The position numbers and the translations under genes are program-made. The notes beneath the pieces are model-generated. The model made no database searches, was not told the DNA's origin, and was given only the letters and a program-made list of their open reading frames with translations. Of a stretch of 49,631 bases of DNA, positions 29,878-39,658 are shown piece by piece. The DNA is from an uncultured Thermococci archaeon (GTDB lineage: Archaea; Methanobacteriota_B; Thermococci; Methanofastidiosales; B48-G16): positions 1 to 49,631 of the forward strand of contig CAZQQT010000013.1 in the NCBI GenBank assembly GCA_964595645.1, read 5' to 3'. Each line of letters begins with the position of its first letter. Position 1 is the first letter of the stretch.

Positions 29878-30431
29878 CTATCTTCACTATATTATTGGGA
29901 GGATAGTGCTTTAAAAAGCTTTCTGTGCCCTATGTAGCATCTTTTCTTCTTTAAAAGTTAGGAAAAAATAAAATGTAGATCGTCTATATTACCGGGAAAG
30001 GAAGAAAAAATAAAAATTAATATTTTTTTGTTTTCCAGGTCGTATTTTTTCTTTTTCTCTCGTATTCTTCCACATATACCATTTCAGGACCAAACATGTC
30101 TATCACCTCATATTTTGTAGTATTTTATCTTTCTGCACAGTTCTTCTATCACCGTACCTTTCATTCTTTCCTGGTGTGTGTCGTACACATGCATCATCTG
30201 CGGATACTATGGAACCTTCCTTTATAAAGTTTACGGTAATGTACTTCAATGCTATATTTTTATTTTTGAATTCCATGTTATTAATTTTCAAGTTTACTCT
30301 ACCTTACATAATGTATATATGATTAGATCAGATGGAGCAATACCGACTCCTCTCATCCGCTTCCTTTCATCACCCTCCCCTAAGTTTGATAACGTATCGA
30401 AAGATTTAATAAAGACGAAATAGGGAAAAAT

Positions 30432-30899
30432 ATGATGGAAGAAGAGTATAAACCCTATATAATTTTTTTACCCTCTGCACATGAGGATCAAATTGCTCTT
30501 TTGACTTCAGTATTCGGATCTGAAGTTAAATTGGAGATACTCGGTGAATTTCGTGCAGATAAAGAAATATACCAAAAAAATCTCATTGCAAAACTCCCCT
30601 ACTCTAATAAAACGGTGATAACACACCTGAAAGAATTAGTCTCTCTGAGGATATTAAAAGAAGACATGGTGAAAAAGGAAAGCACATGGGTGAAGAAGTT
30701 TACTGTCAACGAATCAATGAAATGGCTTGTGTCTCTTCTACGAGACCCGGATACACTCCCTGAAGACGAAATGAAAGAGATGATCACAGAGTTCTTACAC
30801 AAGTACATCGAGAGTATTTTTAGAATATCGGAACATTATGGTATTGATAAAAAGGAAATTCGGGACGCTCTCAGTGATATCTATGAAAAATCTGCCTGA
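30432..30899 (+). CDS. Winged-helix (ArsR-like) transcriptional regulator
   Basis: FGSEVKLEIL...YQKNL...YSNKTVITHLKELV...IL pattern. Confidence 0.7.
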   Translation: MMEEEYKPYIIFLPSAHEDQIALLTSVFGSEVKLEILGEFRADKEIYQKNLIAKLPYSNKTVITHLKELVSLRILKEDMVKKESTWVKKFTVNESMKWLVSLLRDPDTLPEDEMKEMITEFLHKYIESIFRISEHYGIDKKEIRDALSDIYEKSA

Positions 30900-32043
30900 A
30901 AGAATTACATTGAGGTCAGCCCTCAATATTTTCGATGAAGAAAGTGGATATATTAAACTTACAGACGAATCTTCAAAGGGGACCTTATTCTTCAAAGAAG
31001 GGAGATTATCTTTGGCGATATATAGACCCCTCAAAGGCTACAGTTTCACAACGGGAGAGGATGCAGTAAAAAAACTAGAAGAAAGAACATTTTTCACGCC
31101 GTTTGTACGTGCAGCTGATAAAAAATTCGTTTCGTCTATGGAGAAACATTTCCCTGAGGCATCAGCAGAGCTGGATAGAGAAATACAGTACCCTTGTGAA
31201 GAAAAAATGGATCTCGTTCTTGATAATGTGGAGAGGAAGGAAGAAATAAAAAAAGAGACTATCGAGTTCCTAGAAGAGTTTATATCGGAACATATAAATG
31301 ATATCCCATATATAGAGGATTTTGAAATTGGAACGGAATTACGGGAACATTTGAACAGTGTATTTTCCGATCTTGAAATAAATGAAGAATTCTATAACAT
31401 CGCTCAGGAACTGCTCGATACCCTTCCCCAAAAAAACATACGAGAGGAGTTCCACAATGAACTTTCTAAAACTATACAGACAGAAGGGAAATTAGACGGA
31501 GAATTTAAAGAAGAAACAACGTCAATGATAAGCAACGTTGCAATAGAGTATATTAAAAGTATAAAAGAATCAGCGAAAACAAAGAAGAAGGTAAAAGAGA
31601 GAAGTATAGAGTATTTTTCAAAGGTAATAAACAATCATTTGAAAGAAACGAAAAATCTTACTCCATTTGAACGTGGCGTCCATCTGAAAGAGATCGTTCT
31701 CAGAAAACCTATAGGAGATATAGAACCCAGTGTGAAGGAACATTTAAAGATCTTAAAAGAGAAATTCATAAAAAGGCTTGACCTTATCAAACGATGTCAT
31801 CTTTGTGGAAAACAGATAGAGGAAGGATTCCTCTGTGAGGAATGTGAGGGGGAATACAGAGAGTACCGAGAGAAACGCAAAAAAATAAAATCATTAGTAG
31901 AAAAGATAAAACGCTTATATATCCGTGGAAAAATTGATGAAGAAGAGTATAAATATCTTTTTAGTTCAGCAAAGGAAAAAATGAGGCTTATTCAAGAATC
32001 TGAGAGAAATTTCGAAAGTCTAAAAGAATATATAAATTTATGA
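30883..32043 (+). CDS. Hypothetical protein: DUF2226/PATAN-like N-terminus, Zn-ribbon, coiled coil, SHOCT-like end
   Basis: SGYIKL.....GTLFFKEGRL; CHLCG..CEEC; GKIDEEEY. Confidence 0.65.
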   Translation: MKNLPERITLRSALNIFDEESGYIKLTDESSKGTLFFKEGRLSLAIYRPLKGYSFTTGEDAVKKLEERTFFTPFVRAADKKFVSSMEKHFPEASAELDREIQYPCEEKMDLVLDNVERKEEIKKETIEFLEEFISEHINDIPYIEDFEIGTELREHLNSVFSDLEINEEFYNIAQELLDTLPQKNIREEFHNELSKTIQTEGKLDGEFKEETTSMISNVAIEYIKSIKESAKTKKKVKERSIEYFSKVINNHLKETKNLTPFERGVHLKEIVLRKPIGDIEPSVKEHLKILKEKFIKRLDLIKRCHLCGKQIEEGFLCEECEGEYREYREKRKKIKSLVEKIKRLYIRGKIDEEEYKYLFSSAKEKMRLIQESERNFESLKEYINL

Positions 32044-32675
32044 AAAGGAAATTCTATGATCGACTGGCTGAGGTCTATGAAGAGAGATATAACGATGATC
32101 TGAATCAAAAAATGAGAGAGGAAGAGAAAACATTGCTTTTGAGATATTTAAAAGAAGGAAATGTTCTCGATATCGGGTGCGGACAAGGGTACCATACCAC
32201 ATTCCTACGGAACCATGGATTCGATGTATATGGTCTGGACATCTCAAAGAATATGATTGCCACTGGAGAGGTACAGAATGCACTCGTCGCCGAAGCATCG
32301 CATCTTCCCTTTACAGAGAGCTCTTTTGACAATATCATCTCCATTTTTGGTGCGTTGAACCATACGGATATTCGATCCTTCTCAGAGGAACTTATGAGGG
32401 TGCTAAAACCGAATGGAAGATTCTTGTTCACCGTGGCAAACGCCCTCTCATTCAAAAGAGTGATAAAAATCGGAGTGAAGAAAAGGGGAAGAGTAACGCT
32501 GCGGCTCAATGAGAAAATGTACTCTACAAAACTCCATTATTACACACCAGAAGACCTTACTGAAATTTTTGAAGAGTTTAATATAAAAATAGGAAGTCTC
32601 TACCCTCGATCAACATTTCTGCCGGTGCTGAGGAACTTTGGCCATTATTTAGTGGTGTGCGGAAAAAAAGCTTAA
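32040..32675 (+). CDS. Class I SAM-dependent methyltransferase
   Basis: VLDIGCGQG, GLDIS..M, LPF...SFD, RVLKPNG. Confidence 0.92.
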   Translation: MKRKFYDRLAEVYEERYNDDLNQKMREEEKTLLLRYLKEGNVLDIGCGQGYHTTFLRNHGFDVYGLDISKNMIATGEVQNALVAEASHLPFTESSFDNIISIFGALNHTDIRSFSEELMRVLKPNGRFLFTVANALSFKRVIKIGVKKRGRVTLRLNEKMYSTKLHYYTPEDLTEIFEEFNIKIGSLYPRSTFLPVLRNFGHYLVVCGKKA

Positions 32676-33790
32676 TCCTCCAAAATAAAATCATCAAGAA
32701 TATCTTTCGCCTTTTCTCTCCTTTCTTGATGCATTTTTAGGAAGGATACCACCTTTTCAGTGAGATATTTTTTACATTCTCCGCATATTACATTACCCCT
32801 ACGACAGTCTCGTTCTCTCTGTTCCAGTGAGGCATCATTTTCTTCAAAGAGATAATGAAGATACTGGAATACGGAACAGACGTCGGGATCTCCCCCTTCC
32901 TCTCTCTGCTCCTTCAGACTCTTTTTTCCTCCGGTGAAGGCGTTTCCTATCTTTCTTCTTACGTCCTTTTCCGTGTCAACGGTAAATATTGCACTGTCTG
33001 GATCCGATGCGGACATCTTTCCACCCGGACCCTGGAGAGACGGGAGAAGAGCGCAGTGGAGGGCCGTTGGTTTGTGATACCCGATTTTCTCGGCCACATC
33101 ACGGGTTATCCTCCAGTAGGGATCCTGATCAATGGCTGCAGGAATAAGTACCGGCATTTTCTCATTCTCAAGATCGGAGGGTAAAAAGCACGGTGCTGCC
33201 TGTATCGCAGGGTAAAATATCATGCCGATATTTGTTGAGTTTTCGAAGCCGAACACTGCTCGCACCGTAGAAAACGTCACTCTCTCAGCTATTTTTATAG
33301 CAATGTTGTATAACGTCTTCGCATAATCTGTGTCTGTGAAAATGAAGGTTTTTTCCGGATCGAATCCCACGGCAATAATATCAAGCGCGTTCTCATACGC
33401 GAAGCTGTGTGTATCCTCCAGCGTGAGATCCCGGTTGTGAAGGAACTTCTCATCATCGGTCAGCTGAAAATAGAGATTGGCGCCCGTTTTATCCTGCAGG
33501 TATTTTGTGAATATCCACGGCATAATATGTCCCAAGTGCGTATGGCCCGAGGGACCTCTACCAGTATACAGCGCGAATTTCTCATTTTTTTCGTATCTAT
33601 TAAGAATTATATCGAAATCTCTATGAGAGAAGAATATCTTCCTCCGTAAAAATATATGTAGCTCTCCAAAATCTTCTTTGATCCTCCTCAGCATTTCATT
33701 ATCGATAGGTGTTGTACCGAACTTCTCTATCAATCGCTGATAATCTACAATACCCTCTACATCCCATGGTGTTACCTTAAAATCATCCAT
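32672..33790 (-). CDS. trpS: Tryptophan--tRNA ligase (archaeal type)
   Basis: VTPWDV, YTGRGPSG.THLGH, QLTDDEK, IDQDPYWR, KMSAS; ATG at 33790 follows GGAGG. Confidence 0.96.
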   Translation of the reverse strand: MDDFKVTPWDVEGIVDYQRLIEKFGTTPIDNEMLRRIKEDFGELHIFLRRKIFFSHRDFDIILNRYEKNEKFALYTGRGPSGHTHLGHIMPWIFTKYLQDKTGANLYFQLTDDEKFLHNRDLTLEDTHSFAYENALDIIAVGFDPEKTFIFTDTDYAKTLYNIAIKIAERVTFSTVRAVFGFENSTNIGMIFYPAIQAAPCFLPSDLENEKMPVLIPAAIDQDPYWRITRDVAEKIGYHKPTALHCALLPSLQGPGGKMSASDPDSAIFTVDTEKDVRRKIGNAFTGGKKSLKEQREEGGDPDVCSVFQYLHYLFEENDASLEQRERDCRRGNVICGECKKYLTEKVVSFLKMHQERREKAKDILDDFILED

Positions 33791-33989
33791 CGAATCCCTC
33801 CTCGCAGATCTCCTTAGGAACAAATCTAAGAACAGCCTTTCTCGCTTTTTCTGTTACGCACGAGCAGTCCATCCCAAAGAAATCACCTACACAGAAGAGA
33901 ACCTTCGTCTATAAAAATGTTTTGGTTTGGTTGGTCATAGCAAATTCTTTGCAGAATATTCTTAAAATGAAAGAAATAAAGAGAACTGT

Positions 33990-35844
33990 ATGAAAAAGTA
34001 CCTAATATTTCTAACAATTATCCTGATTGTATTCCCTTCCTGCGTCGAAAAGGAAAAACCAACTGTTGATTCAGCGAGGCTTGATCTCCTCGAACACGCT
34101 GAGATAACGATAGACGGGTGGCCGTCGGACTGGGAAGGGATCGATCCGATATATACAGACTCAGAGAAGTCGATGTTCACGGTGATCGATGGAGACTCGC
34201 TTGTACTTAGAATAGACTACGTGTCTCTCAATCCGCTGAAGGAAACGTACTTCCTCGGACTTGACACGGACTTCGATGAGGAGATAGACCATACCATCGA
34301 AATCAGAGAAAATAAAGCGAGCATGTCGGGAGGAGATGCAGAGGTACAGGTTTTCATTGAGCGCACCATCGAGGTCGCGATCCCCCGCTCCCTCTGTGGT
34401 GAAGGGTGCTTCCTCACAGGGTGGGTCTACAACGATGAGATCGGAATGGCCACCGCTCATTTCCCGTGGATCCGTTCATTGGAACAGGACACGGGGTTCG
34501 ATCCCGAACTCACGAGAAATGAGTGGGAAGAGGATTTTGAGGCGCTGTACTACCTCGTAAAGTATAACTATCCGTATCTCTGGCTGAAGGAACGGACGCA
34601 CGGCTACAACTGGTTAGACTTAAAAGATGAGTATATGGAAAGGCTGAACGAGATCGAAACAAATGAGGAGTTCCTCTCGTTGATGAGAGAGGCGGTCAAC
34701 ACATTACAAAATGCACATACGGCGGTACTCGCCTCCAAATGGATTGAAAAATATAATCATTATGTGGGAGAGGGAAATAAAGAAGCATATGCATATTGGA
34801 AAAAGAAATGGGAGTATTCCTGCCCTGAAGTATTTTTCCGCTACTTTGGAGGAGAGTACGTTGCTATTGATGGCCTCGACGGCTGGAAAAAGAAGTACGA
34901 AATCGAAGGAGGCGACAAGGTAATAGAAATAAACGGGAAAAATGTGGACGACGCAATCAAGTCGGTGAAAACGCAAGCTCAGATACTATATGATCCGAGA
35001 AGAGACAAGCTCTACATGCACTATCTTGATCCATCTCCTTTCGGTGAAGAGACTACGTTCACTATCAGAAAATTAGACGAAACAATAGTGAAAAAAAACA
35101 ATTGAATCTATCTCTCACCCCATACATGAAGAGTACTTCCAGAGCGATGCCCCAAACATTGAGTGCAAAAAATGGGAGGATAAGAAAATCGCGTATATGA
35201 AAGTACGATCGTTTGCTGTTGATCCTTCCCGAGATCAAAAAAAATTATTCGCATTTTACGATGAAATACAAGAATACAACGACCTCATTATTGATATTCG
35301 GGGAAATGGGGGAGGAAGTATTGTATACTGGACGGATAACATTGTCGCTCCACTCGCCAACAAAAATATGGAAGTTGAGTTCGTTATTGCTCTCAGACGT
35401 GGAAAGTATGCCGCCACGCGGGAGCGTCTTTCCTTCCCCAAAGATGATATACTCCCCCCAGAAGCAAAAACTGACGATTTCATTATCACAAAATATTGTG
35501 AATGCATCGATAAATCGAGGGAAAGATCCTTTGAAGGCGAAATCTACCTTTTAGTCGATAGAATTGTGTACTCTGCAGCCGAAAACTTCGCAGTATTTGC
35601 GAAGGCTTCGGGATTCGCTACACTCGTGGGCACAACAACTGGTGGGGATGGTATAGGATTTTCTCCTATCCAGTTTGTTCTCCCCAATAGCAAACTCGTA
35701 CTGCAAATGGCAAGTGGTATGGGTATCAATCCCAACGGTACCGCAAATGAAGAAACACACACGTCACCAGACATCTACGTTGAAGAAAAATGGGGAGAGG
35801 GTGATGAAATACTTGAGTACGTGCTAGAGTTGATTGAGGAATGA
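33990..35844 (+). pseudogene. S41 family peptidase lipoprotein split by a frameshift in an A8 run
   Basis: Lipobox-like FPSC; WEEDFE.LY....NYP and NAHT in the first ORF; DIRGNGGG, YSAAENF and GTTTGG in the second. Removing one A from 35091-35098 joins them as IVKKTIESISH...IAYMKV. Confidence 0.85.
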
Positions 35845-35946
35845 TGATTCCTGTCCTAGGATTTCACATGCACTGATGCGAAACTTATCCACGTGAAAAT
35901 CACGTACACCAATACGTTTAAATACAGTTATATAAAGTCCTCATAC

Positions 35947-36741
35947 ATGAAAATTGCTGTGATAGGTGCAGGGACAATAGGCAAAGCGATTGCACGGAGC
36001 CTGAAGAAGCATAATGTAATTGCAACGAGAAGAAGAACAGAAAAAATTGATCATTTGAAAGAATATGGGATAGAGGTCACGCACGATAACACGTATGCCG
36101 CTGAAAAGGCAGATATCATCCTTCTATGCGTAAAACCAAAGAAAATTCCTCACATACTGAAAGAGATCAAACCGTCCGTGAAGAACAAGATACTCATTTC
36201 CTTTGCTGCTGCAATAGAGATCGATCTAATCAAACGGATAGTACCTCACAGCAAAATAGTGAGAGCCATGACCAATGTTGGTGTCATTGTTCACGAAGGG
36301 TTTACCGTCTACGTCACCGAGGACCTTACCGAGAAGGAGAAAAAAATAATAGAAGCTCTTTTCAGCAACATAGGGGAGTACGAAAAGGTCGAAGAGGAGT
36401 ATATGGATGCGTTGACAGGACTGAGTGGAAGTGGTCCTGCATTCGTGTTTACTATTCTCGAGGCACTCATGTACGCAGGATTGAAGACCGGACTTCCCCG
36501 AGAACTCGCGTTGAATGCAGCAATCCACACAGTAATCGGCTCGTCAAAACTCATATCCGAAACAGGAACTCATCCATCACAGCTGAAAGACAAGGTTGTA
36601 ACACCTGGGGGAACGACAATCGAGGGAATCTTTGAACTCGAAGAGAGCAAAGTGAGAACTGCTTTAATCAAGGCTGTTGAGGCAGCAACGAAAAAGGCTG
36701 CCATCATCGCAACAACACTCAACAGGGAATTCCAGGAGTGA
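35947..36741 (+). CDS. proC: Pyrroline-5-carboxylate reductase
   Basis: IGAGTIG, LCVKP, TGLSGSGPAF, HP..LKD.V.TPGGTTI.G. Confidence 0.95.
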   Translation: MKIAVIGAGTIGKAIARSLKKHNVIATRRRTEKIDHLKEYGIEVTHDNTYAAEKADIILLCVKPKKIPHILKEIKPSVKNKILISFAAAIEIDLIKRIVPHSKIVRAMTNVGVIVHEGFTVYVTEDLTEKEKKIIEALFSNIGEYEKVEEEYMDALTGLSGSGPAFVFTILEALMYAGLKTGLPRELALNAAIHTVIGSSKLISETGTHPSQLKDKVVTPGGTTIEGIFELEESKVRTALIKAVEAATKKAAIIATTLNREFQE

Positions 36742-36800
36742 ATGAAAAAAGTTTATATATCCATTGCACATAAAAAGGGATAAATAGAGGAGGCGTCAAA

Positions 36801-38174
36801 ATGGAATCAATCAGTCAAAAAATGGCGAAATTTGCGTTAGAACTTGAGTATAACGATATCCCGGAGGATGTGAGAAGAAAAACGAAACGGTATCTGCTAG
36901 ATAGTGTGGGCTGTGGACTGGCCGCACTTCACAATGAAGATATGGAACAGGCCTTTGCATATATCAAAAAACTCAGCGGAAAAGAACAAGTTACCGTGAT
37001 AGGGCACGGACATAGGACGAATATGGCGAATGCTGCGTTGATGAACGCACTTCTCATTCGAGGTATGGACTACAATGATATTTACTGGGAACAGGATCCC
37101 TCGCACCCATCTGATCTTATTCCTGCTGCGCTGAGTCCTGGGGAGTATAGAAAACGTTCTGGGAAAGAGATTATTACAGGAATTGTCATCGCCTATGAGC
37201 TGGAGATACGGATGTGTCTGGCAGCCTACCCGGGAGTCAGAGAGGTAGGATGGCATCACGGGACACTGACACAGTTTGTGAGCCCTGTAGTGGCCGGAAC
37301 AATGTTTGGACTGGATAAGGATAAAATTACCGCGGCAGTCGGCATCAGTGGATCCTCCCATTCGACATTCGGCGGCGTTGTTGCCGGGGCGCTGACCAAC
37401 ATGAAAAACACTGCGGATCCCATGGCTGTAGAGGCCGGTGTTCGAGCTGCGATGTTGGCTGACACAGGGTTTACTGGACCTGTAGAAGTGTTTGAGGGAA
37501 AAGAAGGACTCTTCGAAGTGATAAACAATGTAGAGTGGAAAAGTGAGATACTGACCGACGGTCTCGGAAAGAAATTCCTCACCACAGACAGCGAGTACAA
37601 AGCGTTCCCTACGGAAGCACTCACTCACCAGCCGATCACTGCCGTGCTTGAGATTATGAAGGAACACAATATTGACCCAAAAAATGTAGAGGCGGTCCTC
37701 ATTGAAACTACCACACGCGGTGCCGACATTCTCTCCGATCCAAGTAAGTATCAACCAAAAACAAAGGAAACGGCCGATCACTCACTCCCATACTGTATTG
37801 CCATTGCCGTTACCAAAGGGAATGTACTTCCCTCACATTTTGAAGAAGAAACACTCAACGACTCCTTCGTGCGAGAAACGATCCAGAAGGTGAAAGTTAA
37901 GGCTAACAAGGAGATAGACTCTCTCTTCCCGAAGGTGAAACGTGCCATCTGCACTATCACCACGAAAAACGGAAAATCGTACAAAAAACAGGTGGATCAC
38001 GCGAAAGGGAGCAAGGAGAATCCCCTCACCGATGAAGAGCTGATTGCAAAGTTCAGAGCAAATGCGAGTACAGTAATGTCTGAGAAAAGGATGGATGAAA
38101 TTGTGGATGCCACACTTGATCTTGAGCGTTTCGCAGATATTGGAGACTATATGAAGTTGCTTGTAAGTACATAG
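36801..38174 (+). CDS. prpD: MmgE/PrpD family protein (2-methylcitrate dehydratase-like)
   Basis: LLDSVGC, DYND.....SHPSD, FEG.EG, KETADHSLPY, KGS.ENPL. Confidence 0.88.
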   Translation: MESISQKMAKFALELEYNDIPEDVRRKTKRYLLDSVGCGLAALHNEDMEQAFAYIKKLSGKEQVTVIGHGHRTNMANAALMNALLIRGMDYNDIYWEQDPSHPSDLIPAALSPGEYRKRSGKEIITGIVIAYELEIRMCLAAYPGVREVGWHHGTLTQFVSPVVAGTMFGLDKDKITAAVGISGSSHSTFGGVVAGALTNMKNTADPMAVEAGVRAAMLADTGFTGPVEVFEGKEGLFEVINNVEWKSEILTDGLGKKFLTTDSEYKAFPTEALTHQPITAVLEIMKEHNIDPKNVEAVLIETTTRGADILSDPSKYQPKTKETADHSLPYCIAIAVTKGNVLPSHFEEETLNDSFVRETIQKVKVKANKEIDSLFPKVKRAICTITTKNGKSYKKQVDHAKGSKENPLTDEELIAKFRANASTVMSEKRMDEIVDATLDLERFADIGDYMKLLVST

Positions 38175-38222
38175 AGTGTCATACAAAACTATAAAAAAGG
38201 GAGAAGAGAAGTAGGTACCGAG

Positions 38223-38741
38223 GTGATCCCCACGACCACCATAAGCGAAGTTATGAGAGGTGACGTAATAAAACTAAAACCCCGTGATAGAGTATCGCGA
38301 GCAATAAAAAAGATGAGCGAGAAAGACGTGGGGTGTACGGTAATTGTAGAGGATGGAAAACCCATTGGTATAGTGACCGAGAGAGACATCTTGAGGAAAG
38401 TAATATCCAGGGGAAAAAAGCCATCAATAGTGTGGTTAAAGAGTATTATGTCCTCTCCCGTTGTTACTGTCGACTACGACAGCACGATAATCGAAGCCGC
38501 AGAAATCATCTCCGAACAGGATGTACGGAGGCTCGTAGTAACAAGAGACGATAGAATTGTGGGTATTGTTTCCTCGCTCGATCTCCTCAACTATGCCCCT
38601 GAAGTATTTGAAGAAGAAGTGGAAAAAAGGGGGGAGATAGGACCTGGTGTGTGTGAGCTCTGTGGACAACACTTCCAGGATCTGGAGGAGGTCAACGGCA
38701 AGTACGTCTGTGGGGACTGTAAAAAAATAATGGAAGGATAG
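38223..38741 (+). CDS. CBS-pair protein with C-terminal Zn ribbon
   Basis: GIVTERDI, IMSSPVVTV, RRLVV..GIVS; CELCG...CGDC. Confidence 0.9.
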   Translation: MIPTTTISEVMRGDVIKLKPRDRVSRAIKKMSEKDVGCTVIVEDGKPIGIVTERDILRKVISRGKKPSIVWLKSIMSSPVVTVDYDSTIIEAAEIISEQDVRRLVVTRDDRIVGIVSSLDLLNYAPEVFEEEVEKRGEIGPGVCELCGQHFQDLEEVNGKYVCGDCKKIMEG

Positions 38742-38749
38742 CACCGTAT

Positions 38750-39658
38750 ATGGAAAAAGGTACGGTATTCGATATAAAACAATTTGCAGTTCACGATGGC
38801 CCAGGTATTCGTACTACTATCTTCTTTAAAGGATGTCCCCTCAACTGTTGGTGGTGCCACAACCCCGAGGGACTCTCTTCCGAAATAGAGATTTTTTACT
38901 ACAGTTCCCGGTGTATGAACTGTGAAAACTGTGTAAAAGTTTGTCCAGCTGAAGCTATTGTAAAAAAAGAACACGGAATATTACTTCTTCGAGAAAGATG
39001 CACGATGTGCGGGAAATGCGTTGAAACGTGTCCTACAGGATCGCTACAAATGGTAGGCAGTATCGTCACTGCTGAAACAATGATAAAGGAGATCAAAAAA
39101 TACATCATCTACTACAATGCATCTGATGGTGGTGTTACTTTCTCCGGTGGGGAACCATTAATGCAACCAGAGCTCCTCACGGCCATTGTACACGAATGCA
39201 ACCAACTCGGTGTACATACAACACTGGATACCTCGGGATACGCACCTTCACACACCTTTCGGTCTGTAGCAGAAGGTATTGACCTTTTTCTCTACGATCT
39301 GAAGATTATGGACGGGCAGACACATATGAAATACACAGGGGTATCCAATGACGCCATCATCAACAACCTGAAATATCTAGTAGACACAGGTCGAGGTGAG
39401 GATGTGATCATCCGCTTCCCAGTAATTACAGGGATAACAGATACAGAAAACAACGTAAATGATATTGTAGGCTTCGTATCATCTCTAGATGACGTGAAAA
39501 AGATTGATCTGCTACCCTTCCACAAGGTAGAAGAGAAGTATAAAAGGCTAGGAAAGAAATATAGAATCACAGACATTGTGTCTCCCTCTACAAATACTAT
39601 CGATCGGGTGAGGAAAGAATTTGAGGAGAAAGGATTCACCGTGAGGGTAGGTGGATGA
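38750..39658 (+). CDS. Glycyl-radical enzyme activase (radical SAM with ferredoxin insert)
   Basis: HDGPGIRT, GCPLNCWWCHNPE, two CxxCxxCxxxC motifs, GGVTFSGGEP. Confidence 0.95.
   Translation: MEKGTVFDIKQFAVHDGPGIRTTIFFKGCPLNCWWCHNPEGLSSEIEIFYYSSRCMNCENCVKVCPAEAIVKKEHGILLLRERCTMCGKCVETCPTGSLQMVGSIVTAETMIKEIKKYIIYYNASDGGVTFSGGEPLMQPELLTAIVHECNQLGVHTTLDTSGYAPSHTFRSVAEGIDLFLYDLKIMDGQTHMKYTGVSNDAIINNLKYLVDTGRGEDVIIRFPVITGITDTENNVNDIVGFVSSLDDVKKIDLLPFHKVEEKYKRLGKKYRITDIVSPSTNTIDRVRKEFEEKGFTVRVGG

Noticed and set aside
29880-30430. Replication origin, or a real gene at 30103..30291
   Set aside because: The region is AT-rich with only an imperfect inverted repeat, no convincing ORB repeats and no cdc6; the short ORFs lack recognisable motifs and may be a decayed remnant.
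36897-37781. 294-aa antisense ORF and other shadow ORFs in the track
   Set aside because: They lie opposite or within well-supported genes and have no motifs or RBS.
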